DNA from: the human T2T-CHM13v2.0 reference genome, Homo sapiens
Reading direction: 5' to 3' (one strand)
Assembly (NCBI RefSeq): GCF_009914755.1
Contig: NC_060929.1
Length of the DNA: 64,000 bases
The notes below the pieces were generated by a model. The model was not told where the DNA came from, did no database searches, and worked only from the letters and a program-made list of their open reading frames with translations. Positions 1 to 13,404 of the stretch are shown piece after piece; positions within the stretch are counted from its first letter, which is position 1; the number at the start of each line of letters is the position of its first letter. Both the position numbers and the translations under genes were made by a program.

Positions 1-233
1 TAGTATAATCAGGCATACCTTGTTTTATTGTGCTTCACTTTATTGTCTGTTGCAGATAAAGTGTTTTTTTTTTTTTTACAAACTGAAGGTCTGTGACAAC
101 TAATCTCTGCATGAAGCAAGGCTTCAGCACAATTTTTCCAATGCCATGTGCTCACTTTGTGTCTTTGTTTAATAATTTTGATAATTCTCACAGTATTTCA
201 AACTTTTTCATTATTATATATGTGTTATAGTGA

Positions 234-547
<314 letters not shown>

Positions 548-956
548 TCTTATCAATGATTTTTGATGTTGCTATTGTAATTGTTTTGGGGCACCACAAA
601 CTGTGCCATTTAAGACTGTGAATGGAGGGATGTGTTGTGTGCTCTGACTGCTCCACTGACCAGCTGTTCTCCCATACCTGTTCCTCTCCTCAGGCCTCCC
701 TATTCCCTGACATACAACAATATTGAAATTAGGCCAATTAATAACCCTACAATGACCTCTAAGTGCTCAAGTGAAAGGAAGAGAAGCACACACATGCTCT
801 TACTTTAAATCAAAAGCTAGAAATGATTAAGCTTGGTTAGAGGCATGTCAAACCCCCAGATAGGCTGAAAACTAGGCCTCTTGCACTAGTCAACTTGTGA
901 CTACAAAGGAAAAGTTATTGAAGAAAATTTAAAGTACCATTCCAGTGAACACATGA

Positions 957-2050
957 ATGATAAGAAGGCAAAACAGCCTTATTGCCGATATGGAGAAAAT
1001 TTTAGCGGTTTGTATAAAAGATGAAACAAGGCACAACATTCCCTTAAGCCAAAGCCTAATCCAGAGCAAGGCCCTAACTCTCTTCAATTCTTTGAAGGCT
1101 GAAAGAGGTGAAGAAGTGGAGGAAAATTGGAAGCTGGCAGAAGTTGGTTTATTATGTTTAAGGAAAGAAGCTGTTTCCATAACCTAAAAGTAAAAGGTGA
1201 AGCAGCAAGTGCTGACTGAGGTAGAAGTTGCAGCAAGTTATTCAAAAGATCCAGCTAAGATCATGGATGAAGGCAGCTACATGAAAGAACAGATTTTCAA
1301 TGTAGATAAAATAGCCTTCAGTTCAAAGAAGACACTATCTAGAACTTTCATAACCAGAGAGAAGGAGTCAACACCTGGCTTCAAAAGCTTAAAAGAACAT
1401 GCTGACTCTCTTGTTAGGGGCTAATGTAGCTAGTGACTTTAAGTTGAAACCAATGCTCATTTACCATTCTGAAAATCCTAGGACCCTTAAAAATTATGCT
1501 AAATCTACTCTGCCTGTGTTCTATCAGTGAAATAACAAAGCCTAGAGGGCAGCATATCTGTTTACAGCATGGTTCATGGAATATTTTTAAGCCCACTATT
1601 GAGACCTACTACTCAGCAAAAAAGATTCCTTTTAAAGTATTACTGCTCATCGACAATGCACCTGGTCACCCAAGAGCTCTAATGGAGATTTACAAGGAGA
1701 TTAATGTTTTCATGCCTGCTAGCACATCAGTGCTGTGGCCTATGGATCAAGGAGTAATTACCACTTTCAAGTCTTATTATTTAAGAAATACATTCTGTAA
1801 GGCTATAGCTGCCACAGATAGTGATTTTTCTGATGAATCTGGGCAAAGTAAATTGAAAACCTTCTGGAAAGGATTCACCATCCTAGGTGCCATTAAGAAC
1901 ATGCATGATTCATGGGAGGAGGTCATAATATCAGTATTAACAAGAGTTTGGAAGAAGTTGGTTCCAACCCTCATGGATGACTTTGAGAGGTTCAAGACTT
2001 CAGTAGAGGAAGTTACCGCAGATGTAGTAGAAATAGTAAAAGAACTCTAA
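957..2050 (+). pseudogene. Disrupted Tigger1 transposase (CENP-B/pogo-like HTH plus DDE domain)
   Basis: ORF pieces 957-1187 ([13 protein letters not shown]), 1197-1424 (EQIFNVDK) and 1496-2050 ([18 protein letters not shown]) are typical pogo/Tigger motifs, separated by stops and frameshifts. Confidence 0.9.
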
Positions 2051-3010
2051 TTAGAAGTGGAGCCTGAACATGTGACTGAATTGCTGCAATCTCATACTAA
2101 AACTTTAACAGATGAGGAGTTGCTTCTTATGGATGGGCAAAGAAAGTGGTTTCTTGAGATTGAATCTACTCCTGGTGACCTGGTGAAGATACTGTGAACA
2201 GTGCTGAAATGACAACAAAGGATTCAGAAAATTACATAAACTTAGTTGATAAAGCAGCAGCAGGGTTTGAAAGGATTGACTCCAATTTTGAAAGAAGTTC
2301 TACTATGGGTAAAATGCTATCAAACAGCATTGCATACTACAGAGAAATCTTTCACAAAAGAGTCAGTCTATGCAGCAAACTTCATTGTTGTTTTATTTTA
2401 AGAAATTGCCAGAGCCACCCCAATCTTTAGCAACCACCACCCTGATCAGTCCACAGCCATCCACATCAAAGAAGACATTCCATCAGCAAAAATATTACAA
2501 CTCATTGAAGGCCCAGATGATTGTAAGTATTTTTTAGAAATAAAAGTATTTTTTAAATTAAAGTATATACATTTTTAGACATAATGTTATTGCACACTTA
2601 ATAGGCTATAGCAAAGTGTGAACATAATGTTTATATGCACTAGGAAACCAAAAAGTTTGTGTGACTTACTTTATTGTAGTGGTCTGGAACTGAACCTGCA
2701 ATATTTCCAAGGTATGCCTGTAAGTGGGACAAATTCATTTTGTCTTTATCTTTTTATTACAGTCCCTTAAAAAACCACACAAAATCTTGTGATTCAGATA
2801 AACTCATTTTTGAAACATAGCACAAAACCTGTTTCTTTAACAATACTCAGCACCTTATTTCCACATAAATATTGAAAACCTACTGTGTAGCTCTGTGAAA
2901 TGAAAACCAGGACAACTCTCACCTGGGATAGGAATAACTAAAGCCAGAAGCAAATGTATCATCAACATTTCATTAGGCTGAAGAGAAAAGGGTTTTCTTT
3001 TCTTTCGGTT

Positions 3011-3171
3011 TAAGAGACAGAATCTTGCTCTGTCACCCATGCTGGAGTGCAGTTACTATTCATAGGTGTGATCACAGTGCACTGCAGCCTCAAACTCCTG
3101 TGCTCAAACCATCTTCCCACCTCAGCCTCCCAAGTGCCTGGGACTGCAGGTGCATGCCACCATACCTGGCT
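3011..3171 (-). mobile_element. FAM (fossil Alu monomer, 7SL-derived)
   Basis: Monomeric Alu-like sequence containing CTATTCATAGGTGTGATC, the reverse complement of the 7SL/FAM segment GATCGCGCCTGTGAATAG that dimeric Alu arms lack. Confidence 0.75.
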
Positions 3172-3530
3172 ATTTTCTTTACTATTGTTTGTTTAAAATT
3201 TGAGAAATTTTAAAAAATTAGTTTTCTTATTGCTCTGCATTTATTTACCATCTGTAGCTCTTGAATATGCTTGTTAAAAATACGCCAGATGAGTTTGATA
3301 AATGAAGCACACGTTTGGCTAAATACCATTTTTCAATCTTATCTTTATGGTAAATAATGAACAAATACCTAATAAATGCTAGAATCAAAACTATAAAATT
3401 ATAACATATTCAGAAAAAAATTAGAATCAAAAGATTGACTTTAATTTTAATGAAAGATGATCATTTAGAAAATTATAAATTCATATATTATAATTTTTAT
3501 AGCTATACAACTCACACACAGACAATACCT

Positions 3531-3541
3531 ACACACACACA

Positions 3542-3572
<31 letters not shown>
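3531..3572. repeat. (CA)n microsatellite
   Basis: Seen directly. Confidence 0.95.
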
Positions 3573-3576
<4 letters not shown>

Positions 3577-4342
3577 TATTTTTCCCTTCTTTTTTCTAAG
3601 TCTCATTTTCCTTGATGGGTCTCAGCCTTTCTTCATTTTCCTAGAAGGTCTACTTTTCATTCCCTAAAGAAGGAAGCCCTACAAAGCAAGGGAAGCTGGG
3701 ACACTTGAGATTCCTATGAGTTGGAAATAGAAGACTTGGTTGGGAAAGCTGATTTCGTGCTGAATTAATAGTGTCAGAATGCCCTACAAATTGTTGTATG
3801 GAGGTGTTGGCCCCACATCATCAGCCATAAGATGACTTTCTTTGTTGTGAACTGTAATGCATCAATCTCTCTGTAACCCCTCATGAGCCTGAACATGACT
3901 ACCAAGAGTTTGAGTAACCAGCACAATAACCAAGATGTGGAACTGTAGTTTCAATTCTGTCCCTGTCCCAGGGTGTAATTAGATCACCAATACTTACTGA
4001 CCAAGTCACACTTATTCCTATCTAATTAATCTTCCTATACCTAAGACCAACACAGGTTAGAGATCTGAGTCTGTTGATCAAAGACATAGTCGATCCATAT
4101 TCTAGGCCTAATTTCTATAGCATGGAAGTTTCTTATTCCATCAGCAAGGCAGGTGCTGCAAATGCAGAACAATATAAACACAGTGACTCTTCACTTAGAG
4201 AAACATTAGTCCTAGGATGTGGTACATAAATTACAGACCAATGTAAGCTTTTGGATTTTTGAGTTCCAAATGATTTTGAATGAGACTCTGAAACAGATAA
4301 TAATTTCATGGGTTTCTGAGTCTTAATTTTCACAATATCTAC

Positions 4343-4701
4343 TATATTCATCCGTTTTCATGCTGCTGATAAAGACATACCCGAGACTGGCCAATTTACA
4401 ATAGAAAGAGTTTTACTGGACTTACAGTTCCATGTGGCTGGGGAAGCCTCACAACCTTGGAAGGTGAAAGGCATGTCTCACAGGGTGGCAGACAAGAGAA
4501 GAGAGCTTGTGCAGGGAAACTCCCCCTTGAAATAGACATCAGGTCTTGTGAGACTCATTCACTGTCACAAGAACAATGCAGGAAAGACCCACCTCCATAA
4601 TTCAATCACCTCCCACCAGATTCTGCTCACAACACACGGGAATTGTGGGAATCACAATTCAAGATGAGATTTGGGTGGGGACACAGAGCCAGACCATATC
4701 A
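4343..4701 (-). mobile_element. THE1-family (ERVL-MaLR) solo LTR
   Basis: TATATTCATCCGTTTTCATGCTGCTGATAAAGACATACCCGAGACTGG...GATTTGGGTGGGGACACAGAGCCAGACCATATCA; perfect 5-bp TSD TCTAC at 4338-4342 and 4702-4706. Confidence 0.93.
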
Positions 4702-4750
4702 TCTACCCAGATGCAATAAGGGTGCTTGCAAATCCTGATATAAATAAATC

Positions 4751-4824
4751 CTGTATGTTTTAAGAAGAAATTTCAGGTATTAGCTAATAATGGATGGAAG
4801 TTCACTCTATCACCATGCCAAAAA
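4751..4824 (+). repeat. 74-bp dispersed direct repeat, copy 1
   Basis: Matches 6258-6331 with 3 mismatches by manual alignment. Confidence 0.9.
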
Positions 4825-5240
4825 TGCTAAATATTGTCATGAACTGAAACTTAACAAACTATGTGAAACCCTTATATATGGCCAATTTTTAGTCACTGTC
4901 ACCAACTAATCTCTCCACTTTACTCTGAATCTTAAAATTTCTGGAACTAATTCTCACTAATTAATTTCTTGTTTTGGCTTAACAAAATTGTTACCAAGGA
5001 CTTCCTCTTCAGTTCTATTCTCTAGGTCTGTGCTGTGCTTTCTTCTTTATACAATAAACATCTTCCTCTGAGCTAAGCCTGTAAATTTTAATTATATTTG
5101 TCTTATTCTTATCTTACCAACCCTGTGGCTATATACAAATTTCTAAATTGGCCAGTAAAACAATACATCTTAATTAATCTTTTGGAAGTTACAAACACTT
5201 GCAAGAATCTGATGGAAGCCAAGAAACCTAGTCCTAGGAA

Positions 5241-5280
5241 ACACACACACAGACACACACACACACACACACGCACACAC
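5241..5280. repeat. Imperfect (CA)n microsatellite
   Basis: Seen directly. Confidence 0.9.
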
Positions 5281-6257
5281 TCACTTCTGTACTTACTACA
5301 GTCATATAACAAAACAGTTCAGAGCTTAGGTTTGGAGGTTCAGATTTCAAGCTGTGTCCCTTACAAGCTTTAATATCCTCATTTGCTAAATCAGGGTATT
5401 AAATTTATAGAAAACTCTTTGGGCCTATGAGTTGGTTACATTTTTTAAAAGTAAAAGTGTTTGCATTTTGCCCCCAATAAGAGTATGTTGTGGAGTAAAA
5501 AGAAAAAAAAAAAATCCTCATAAATAAGACCTAATCCTAGAGTGAAAAAAAAGAGGTATTTTTACTTGTAAGCTGGTTGTGTTTACTAAGTAATTTCTTC
5601 ATGATCTTTCTACAATTCCAGTATAATTTATTCTGTACAATTCTAGCCAAAATTTTAGAAACATCTATCAATCTAGTTTCTAGACACTGATTATCTCTAA
5701 TGAGGGAAGAAATTATCAAATGCTTAATTGAACGCAATCCCTGAACATTATGAAGATTGTCATCCATCCTTGGCTGGAAAAGTTAGCAATTATGTCATCT
5801 ATGTGACATTAGTAAGTTTTGAAAATGTGTTTATGCTGTAGAGTTTTCTTTGACTTGCTGCGGGACTTCCCTTGTGTGCTCTGTCTGTATATGCAATATA
5901 CAGCTATAAAACTCCATATTTTAAAGTTTGGATAAATGTTAATTTTTGGTAATTATCTTTTCAAACATAGTTTAGATCACAGTAAAATAAGTATGGTTCC
6001 AAGAACTCACTAAAACATTTCCAAGTCACAGTCAATGGCTGAGTTGAAGTGATTTCATTATTAAAATTTTTAATCTGTACCTAAATAGTATTTTTTATGG
6101 CAGTGATTTTCAATTATTTTTAACTCAACACAGCTGAGGGGTATGCTACATGCTCAAAATCACAACAATTGTCATCTGGCTAGAAGATAACAGAGAATAG
6201 AAGGGATATCGTGGTTGAGAATCACTACTCTGTAGCAAAATTATACTTCCCTGTGGT

Positions 6258-6331
6258 CTGTATGTTTTAAGAAGAAACTTCAAGTATTAGCTAATAATGG
6301 ATGAAAGTTCACTCTATCACCATGCCAAAAA
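6258..6331 (+). repeat. 74-bp dispersed direct repeat, copy 2
   Basis: Matches 4751-4824 with 3 mismatches. Confidence 0.9.
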
Positions 6332-8058
6332 AACTGAGTCAGAATATTTCTTCAATTAGGATTGAAAAGTAATATATATGTCAGAGAAAAAAAGTTTCCT
6401 TTAAAAAAACTGTGGTTTGCATATTAGAAAGCTTAGTTGATTGTACTTAACCTAAGAATACACTATATCTTTATAATTATTATTAAGTGATTTTTTGGTG
6501 TCAGTACATAGGGCTCTACAGTTTCCAAGGAGGGCACACCTTACAGAGTTTGGAAGTTAGCCTAAGAAATAAACACTCTGAATTGAAATAAAGATTAACT
6601 CATACATATATAGAAGTGCCATTCCTGGGAAATAATATGTAGATCTTTGGTGGAAAAATTAGGTTGTCTTCCAATACAATGTAATCTCTGAAACCAGGAT
6701 ATGACTTAATTACCCAGTTATTTGGTAACATGTCAGGCAGGAGGAGATGATGAATGGGAACTGGAGAAGAAAAATTGATCAGTTTCTCTTTCCATCCCAG
6801 CTACCAGAAAGCTCAGACTCAAATTTATGACCAACCTCTGTCAAACAGACAGGATCTCACAGACCTGTATTTTCTATGCAGACATGAAATTATTTTCCCC
6901 TTTTTTCTTCTTGGATCCAATTTTTGAATTTAAATTTTTAAATATCTCATCATAGTTTATTGTATGTATTATTACATATAATTTTAAATCACTCATTAAA
7001 ATTACACACATCTTTACTGATCTAGCACCATACAGGGGAAAAGAGTTTCTGAAGAGCAAACGTGAGTACTTCTGTGAGGTGAATTTCCAAGTACCTGATG
7101 TAATTTACATCCATAGAGGAACTGAACACTCCACACTCTCAAAACTTTATTCTAACAGTATTAAGATCATATAACTACCTACCTGCAGTCTATATTTCTA
7201 AGCAGCCTTTTGGCATTGATTCACATTTCTCAACAGGAGAGATTGTGTTGACCAATAGACATGAGCATTCTGGCACGACTGGCCTAATTTTATTTATAAA
7301 TTACAAAGTTGGCACTCTAGTCCGCTAATTAGTCTCTTCTGAGTTTGATTTGTTTGAGTCTACTGTCTAAACCTTTCTGATTTAGCAATTCGATAGAATT
7401 TCATTGCTGATCCTGATGAACAGCCCTGGAAGCTTTATGCTGCACCCAAAGCCCTGCACCATGTGGGGCTCCAGGAGCAGCCAGAAAACAACCTTGGGTC
7501 CCACTCCATTTGAAGGAAAAAAAAATTTCCTGATGCCTTTTGCATTCACTATTAGTACATTTTATCACACTATTACAACTGAATGTTTCTTAGTACCAAA
7601 TCTACTGCTATGGTGAGGGAAATGATAAGACTTTCTCCAGATACCAAAAATACAAGGTGGGCATGTATAGGCCTGAGATATTAAAATGTAGCACAATCTC
7701 TAGCATTTTTATTTCTTTGCAAAAACCATACGTATTTTAGGATGTTCTTAAATAATTGACCAGATGCCTTTGGGTAGCAGGTTTGTTTATTATCCCTTTA
7801 ACTAACAATCACTTATTGAGCATCTACGGTGTGTTAAATGCTGTACTGGGTGTTAGATCCTGCCTTATGGAATAAAGTCTAGTGAGGGACACAGGTATTT
7901 TTAAAGTATATAAGTAAATGTTTTCTTATACATTGTGATAATAGACATGAGAACCAATACTTGGATGCTAAAGTAGAAAAAAATAACCAGGGAAGTACCA
8001 GTGATAGACTGCAGAGCCAGAGCACATCCCACACCCCCAACAAAAGATGCCTTCTAAC

Positions 8059-8190
8059 TAGAGGAACATATGTGCTTGTTTGGTTGGGACAGTCCCAGTT
8101 AATGCCAGTTGTTCCAGCATAATTATTAATAGATGCTCCTTTCCCACGAAACATATCCTGATTAAAATAATAAATTATGTGGTCATGCTA
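8059..8190 (+). mobile_element. MER94-like hAT-Blackjack MITE
   Basis: GGGACAGTCCCAGTT...ATAATTATTAATAG...TAAATTATGTGGTCATGCTA resembles the recalled MER94 consensus with TAGGGTGACC-type TIRs. Confidence 0.65.
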
Positions 8191-8689
8191 ATTTTAAACA
8201 AAGTGGAAACTCAGTAAAGTGCTAGGTCCTAGAAGGGATAATGACTTCTAAGTACTTTGGAAAGCATCCTGAGGTGAAGATAAGCATTAGTAGTGTAATG
8301 GGCTGAGATTAACTTCATTCCTGGCTTGATTCCAGGGGAAAAAAAATCACAGCTTCAAACATAATGTATTTAAGGGAACGGAATCGATACTGAGTAAAGA
8401 AAAAGGAAGGGAACCTCAGTAAATAAAACTTGAATCATTTTCCTCATTGTGAAGACAGAATTAGCAGAAAATGAAAATTCCAGTTCTTCAGCACCATGGA
8501 AGCCTAGAAACTTTTTTTAATATGAAAGCAGATAGCAGAATGTAGTCATAAAACATGTAAACTGAAGGAACCTTGGAAATCCCCTCATACAGATCTCCCT
8601 TCTTAGAGGAAATATAATGCCAGAGGACATAAAAGTGAACCATATACTTGGAGGTGAGAACCGCTGTATTATATAAACATTAATTGCAA

Positions 8690-8870
8690 AAAGCAGTGGA
8701 TTTGGACTCAGGCCACCCATGTTATAGTGCCAGTTCCTTAAGAACCTCTTATTTTTCCCAAACCTTGGTTTCCTCAAATAGAATCCTGGAATCAAAATAC
8801 CTTTCTCACTATCTCCGAGGGTTGTTTTGAAGACAAAATAAAATCATATAAGCTATAAAGGGCTTTGCCA
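8690..8870 (+). mobile_element. MIR/MIR3 relic
   Basis: Degenerate core CCTTGGTTTCCTCAAATAG and GAGGGTTGTTTTGAAGA. Confidence 0.45.
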
Positions 8871-11592
8871 ATTTAGTTTTTGTTAGCAACACATTCATTA
8901 GCCTAGCCCATGTTCTAAGCAAAAAAGAGTCTACATCTATCATGAAGTTGTGATAAGAAGTTTCCATGCCCTTTACAACTGAATAAAGGGGATTCTGATT
9001 TGAGTTTTGTAGCTCTCACATTTCTTCTTTCTCATGCCTCAAAATTCACCAAATCAAATACAAGTAAAAGATGGTGATTAGGCAACTGACAAGAATCAGG
9101 GCTATAGACATTCTCTGGGTTTGGCTGAGGAGGCCATATCTAGAAAAGATAATATGCATGGTTACATTAATGTCTATCCTTTTAGGATTGAATTACCACA
9201 AACCTAAACAGGTTCAGCAATTGAAAGCATTGAAAAAAATTCCAAATGAGGAAGCAAAAGCTGAACATGAAATCTGAGCTTCTAAAGTGAGCACAGTTGT
9301 GCAGAAGCGAAGTTCAGGGCTGCGAATAGCATTACTGAAATGGCAAGAAATGGAGTCTTAAAAAGTCCTCCCACGCAGATGGGCCAGTGTTTTATTCAAC
9401 TGGACAAAAGATTCTTAAGTAAATACAAGCAATCTGGTAAAACTTTTATAAGGAGTTAAGTGAATCTGTCAACGTATTGAGTGAATCAGTGTAAATAGGC
9501 CGAAGAAACAACAATGTGTAAGGACAAACATAGTAGAAGTTTCTTTCTTGCTCATGGAAGAAGGTACGGAGGTTCTCCTGGTTGGTGGAGGTTTTCCTGC
9601 ACGCGGTGATTCTGCCTTCTTCTAGGGACTTACCATTGGTCTCCTCCTGCTTTTCATCCAGTGAGAAGAGAGAAAGACTGGAAGAGGATAGGTTCTTCTT
9701 AAGCCATGACCCAGAAACAGGACAGCATGCACTCCAACGTGGCTGGCTGGAACTCAAACTCAGCCACACCCAACTCCAAACAAATCTGGGAAAGAGGTTC
9801 TAGCTGAGAAGAAAAGAAAGCATGAATTCTAATTAACAGCTTGCATTCTCTGCTACAGGTAAGATTTCTAGTTATATAAATTCTACACCAGGACCAGCAG
9901 CAGAGTAGAATTCTGACAGAAGGGAAAAGGGCTAGGCATTGGCCCACCTGCCATTTGCAGGAACCCTGCCCTGCCGGATGCTCAACAATGTCCCCAGTTT
10001 CTCACAAAGCTGACAAAGTACAAACAAGGGACCAAGAATTACTTCTCAGTGGCCAATCCCTTATGTCTAATGCTTCTAATTAGTGAAAGGGATCAGTTGA
10101 AGGCATACTGGCATTGTGATAGCGTTAGAGAAAAATCTTTGGCCAGAATATGACAGATCCATTCCCTGTAACCTATAAGGTACCCTGGAAGCCATTGGCT
10201 TCCTAGAATTTTCCATTTGAAAACCCTTATACACCTTGGCAGTGATTTGCAATGAGCAAGATTTTCAACCACAGAGAGTTTTAAGAACTCTAGACATTGG
10301 GGCCTTTGGGCCCAAAACCAATGTAAGTTGTACTCCTACTTTTTTCATCATTCTGTAAGGTGATTCCTGACTTAGCCGCAAACTACTTTGAAAGTAGAGA
10401 AACCATTGGGAAAGGAGAAAGTAAGGCTTGGCTGCTGGGCTTGGTGTTTAACTGAAAGGCAATACTTCAGGAAATTGTGAAACCACCCGTCGTTAAGTAG
10501 ATGGTGTGAAGATGGAGAATATTATCTAAAAATACTATACTGAAAGAAAAAGTTACTCTTCAGCTACTGTTTGTGTCTCCAATTGTTTGTGTGCCTATTT
10601 CTCTTTTTCTCAAAATGAGGGAGAAACTGGATCCGTAGATTTAATCTTTCCTTAGCTGAATAATAACAGATTTATCATTTCAATCAAATTATATTTTTAA
10701 TGCAAGGGTCATGGTATTTTCAAGAGCATTTTTATGCAAGGAATATAATGATATACCATGGATTTCAAGCAGAACCAGAGGGGAAGGGAAGTCTGAAAGG
10801 GTTTTAGGATAGCAGGAATATGGCAGGAGGGGAGAGGGATGTCAACAGGCTGGCTGTTTTTGTTGGCGTCCCACAGGAGGGACCAGACCCAGAAATAGAC
10901 CTCAAACATCAGAAAAATTTCTGATAAAGCTGGATTGGGAAACGAGGCTTGGATCTACAGCCACAGTGAGGTTGCTTCAAACTCTGCACACTCTGATTTG
11001 GACTGACTCGCCCAACCACCTGCAAAGTAGGCTGATCTGAGAGGGGGTTCCCAAGAGCACCCTGGAAGGAGTTAGAAGAGAGGAGAAAAGGGGGTATGGA
11101 TTGATGGAGAAGAAGAGCGAGGATGAGACGGGTTGAGAGTTTGGGAAATGACAAATGACATGAGAGGCTTGCAGTCAGCAGTGGGAACAAGGATCAGAGG
11201 CAGAATAGATTAGGTCCTCATGCTGTAGGGGACTTTCTCAGGCCTGAGAGTATCCAGCTAGGGGCAAGAGGGAGGCACATTAACCCAAGCTGGTTTTAAG
11301 TGCCACAGTGAAAAGGTTAATTAGTTAACAGTGGGGAGCAATTAATCAGGAGCTATGTGATTCTCACCAGAGGGAGGACGTGGAATCTGCAGCAGCTTCT
11401 GGCCAGGCTGGGTTGCATTTCTCCATGGTTAGCAGAACCATCCTTCACAGTCTCAGAATGCGGGAACACTGAAACATGAAAATCCCTGCCTCCTCCAGCT
11501 GTGGAGATTGTCTGTAGCTATCTCTCAGTATGAATTTGCCTTCAAATTCATTCTTCAAAATATTTGAGGCTGTCGATATATATAAAATGGAG

Positions 11593-11668
11593 TTAGGTTG
11601 ACTCATACAAAATTGCCAGTTTTGAAGTTAAAAATCTGTTAAAATTGGCATTTCATATGACTCAGTAT
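11593..11668. mobile_element. MADE2-like mariner MITE
   Basis: About 76-bp quasi-palindrome TTAGGTTGACTCATACAAAATTGCC...TTGGCATTTCATATGACTCA. Confidence 0.65.
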
Positions 11669-12209
11669 TGAAGTAAAGAATAGGTTCCTTGGGCACTTTG
11701 CATTTTCATAGTTTCACAGTAAATATTTCATGTTTGGGGAACCGCCGCGTGCTCCTAAAGGCCCTAGGGGTCAGTCTGTCCTCAGAGGATCCAAGGATAA
11801 CCCTGACATAATGGTCACTGAAGTCCTCAATAATTCTGCTACCATGAGTGACAGAACACTTTCCTGGTGTGACTAGTTCAGTGACCTAGTCATATTTTTA
11901 AACCCTTAAATAAAAACTCAAACTCCATTTCCTCACTCTTAATAAGTGACTTTGCCAACTACATCTCAGAAAATAGAAGCTATTAAGTAAGAATGTATTC
12001 AAACTCCCACCCAGACACTATATGCTTGCCTGCAGCTGAATTCAGACAGATTATCCGGATGTCTTCAGGCACATTGGTGTAGAATGAACTTGGAAACATT
12101 CATTCTGATTATATTATATTGAGCCACCATACAAATGTACAGCAACTCACAGCTATATAATTGTTCGTTTCTGTACCAGAGATCGACATCACCAACCCAT
12201 CCTCCACCA

Positions 12210-12700
12210 AGGGGATGTTACCAAAATGCAAATCTGAATGTGTCAGTTTTGTAATTTAAAGATGTCAAGCCCGTTAGCTCGGGTCAGGAATCCTGCTGCT
12301 TGAAGATCACGCTGTTCCCTCTTTCTCCAGTTTCACCCCAACATGCAACCTTTCCTTCACGTGCTCAATTACTCGGCTTCCTGGAATGCATCGTGCATTT
12401 CTTGTTTCTAGGTTTTCCACATGCTGATTCTTCAGATTGTAAGTTTTCTTCCTGTCAAGACTTTACTGGGTTTAAACTTTATCTCCTCAAAGAAATATTT
12501 GAGTAAGATGCCCCGTCTCGCTGCTGCCATATCTTCTTACACATACCTTGATCCTTGCTTTTATCCCACAATGTATTTAGTCTTGCTTTGCTAACCTGTC
12601 TCACTTGTGGGGCATTATAAGAGGTGACCACAATAAACTTCTGAGCAGGAACTACGTGAAATAACATGTACTCAAAATATGAGTTGAATGAAGAATGAAT
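12210..12700 (+). mobile_element. L2 3' fragment
   Basis: Pyrimidine-rich body ending in an L2 tail-like TACTCAAAATATGAGTTGAATGAAGAATGAAT. Confidence 0.5.
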
Positions 12701-12859
12701 TTACAATCATAAATTAACAATTTAGCTTCTTAGATCCTAACAATGTAAGAGAATTTTTAAATAGCAATACATTCATGTACTGAGAAATTTCACAATTTAA
12801 CTTAATATTTTGCTGTTTTTGTGTGTTGAAATAATCTTTCTAAATAGCTGCGATAATAG

Positions 12860-12965
12860 CAATTACCAAGTACCTACTATGAGCCAGGAATCATGCTAAC
12901 TGCTTATATACATCTAGTTTTATCCTTAAAACTACATTTGGAGTTCTCATTTTAAAAATGAGAAA
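12860..12965 (-). mobile_element. MIR fragment
   Basis: TACCTACTATGAGCCAGG...CTCATTTTAAAAATGAGAAAA. Confidence 0.5.
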
Positions 12966-13126
12966 AAAGAGAAGGTTTTCTTCGATTGATTTGTCTGATA
13001 AATATGGATTTTACAAATCCAGTGTTTTCTCAATAGTTTTCACCTGAATTCCAACTGAAGAACTAAAATTTAATATATGAAACATATCACATCTTTGAAT
13101 AAACATATAAATATCCTGACCATCTA

Positions 13127-13404
<278 letters not shown>

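Noticed and set aside
9446-9947. Three overlapping ORFs of 73-107 aa
   Set aside because: No recognisable domain and no consistent exon boundaries; lengths are within chance expectation
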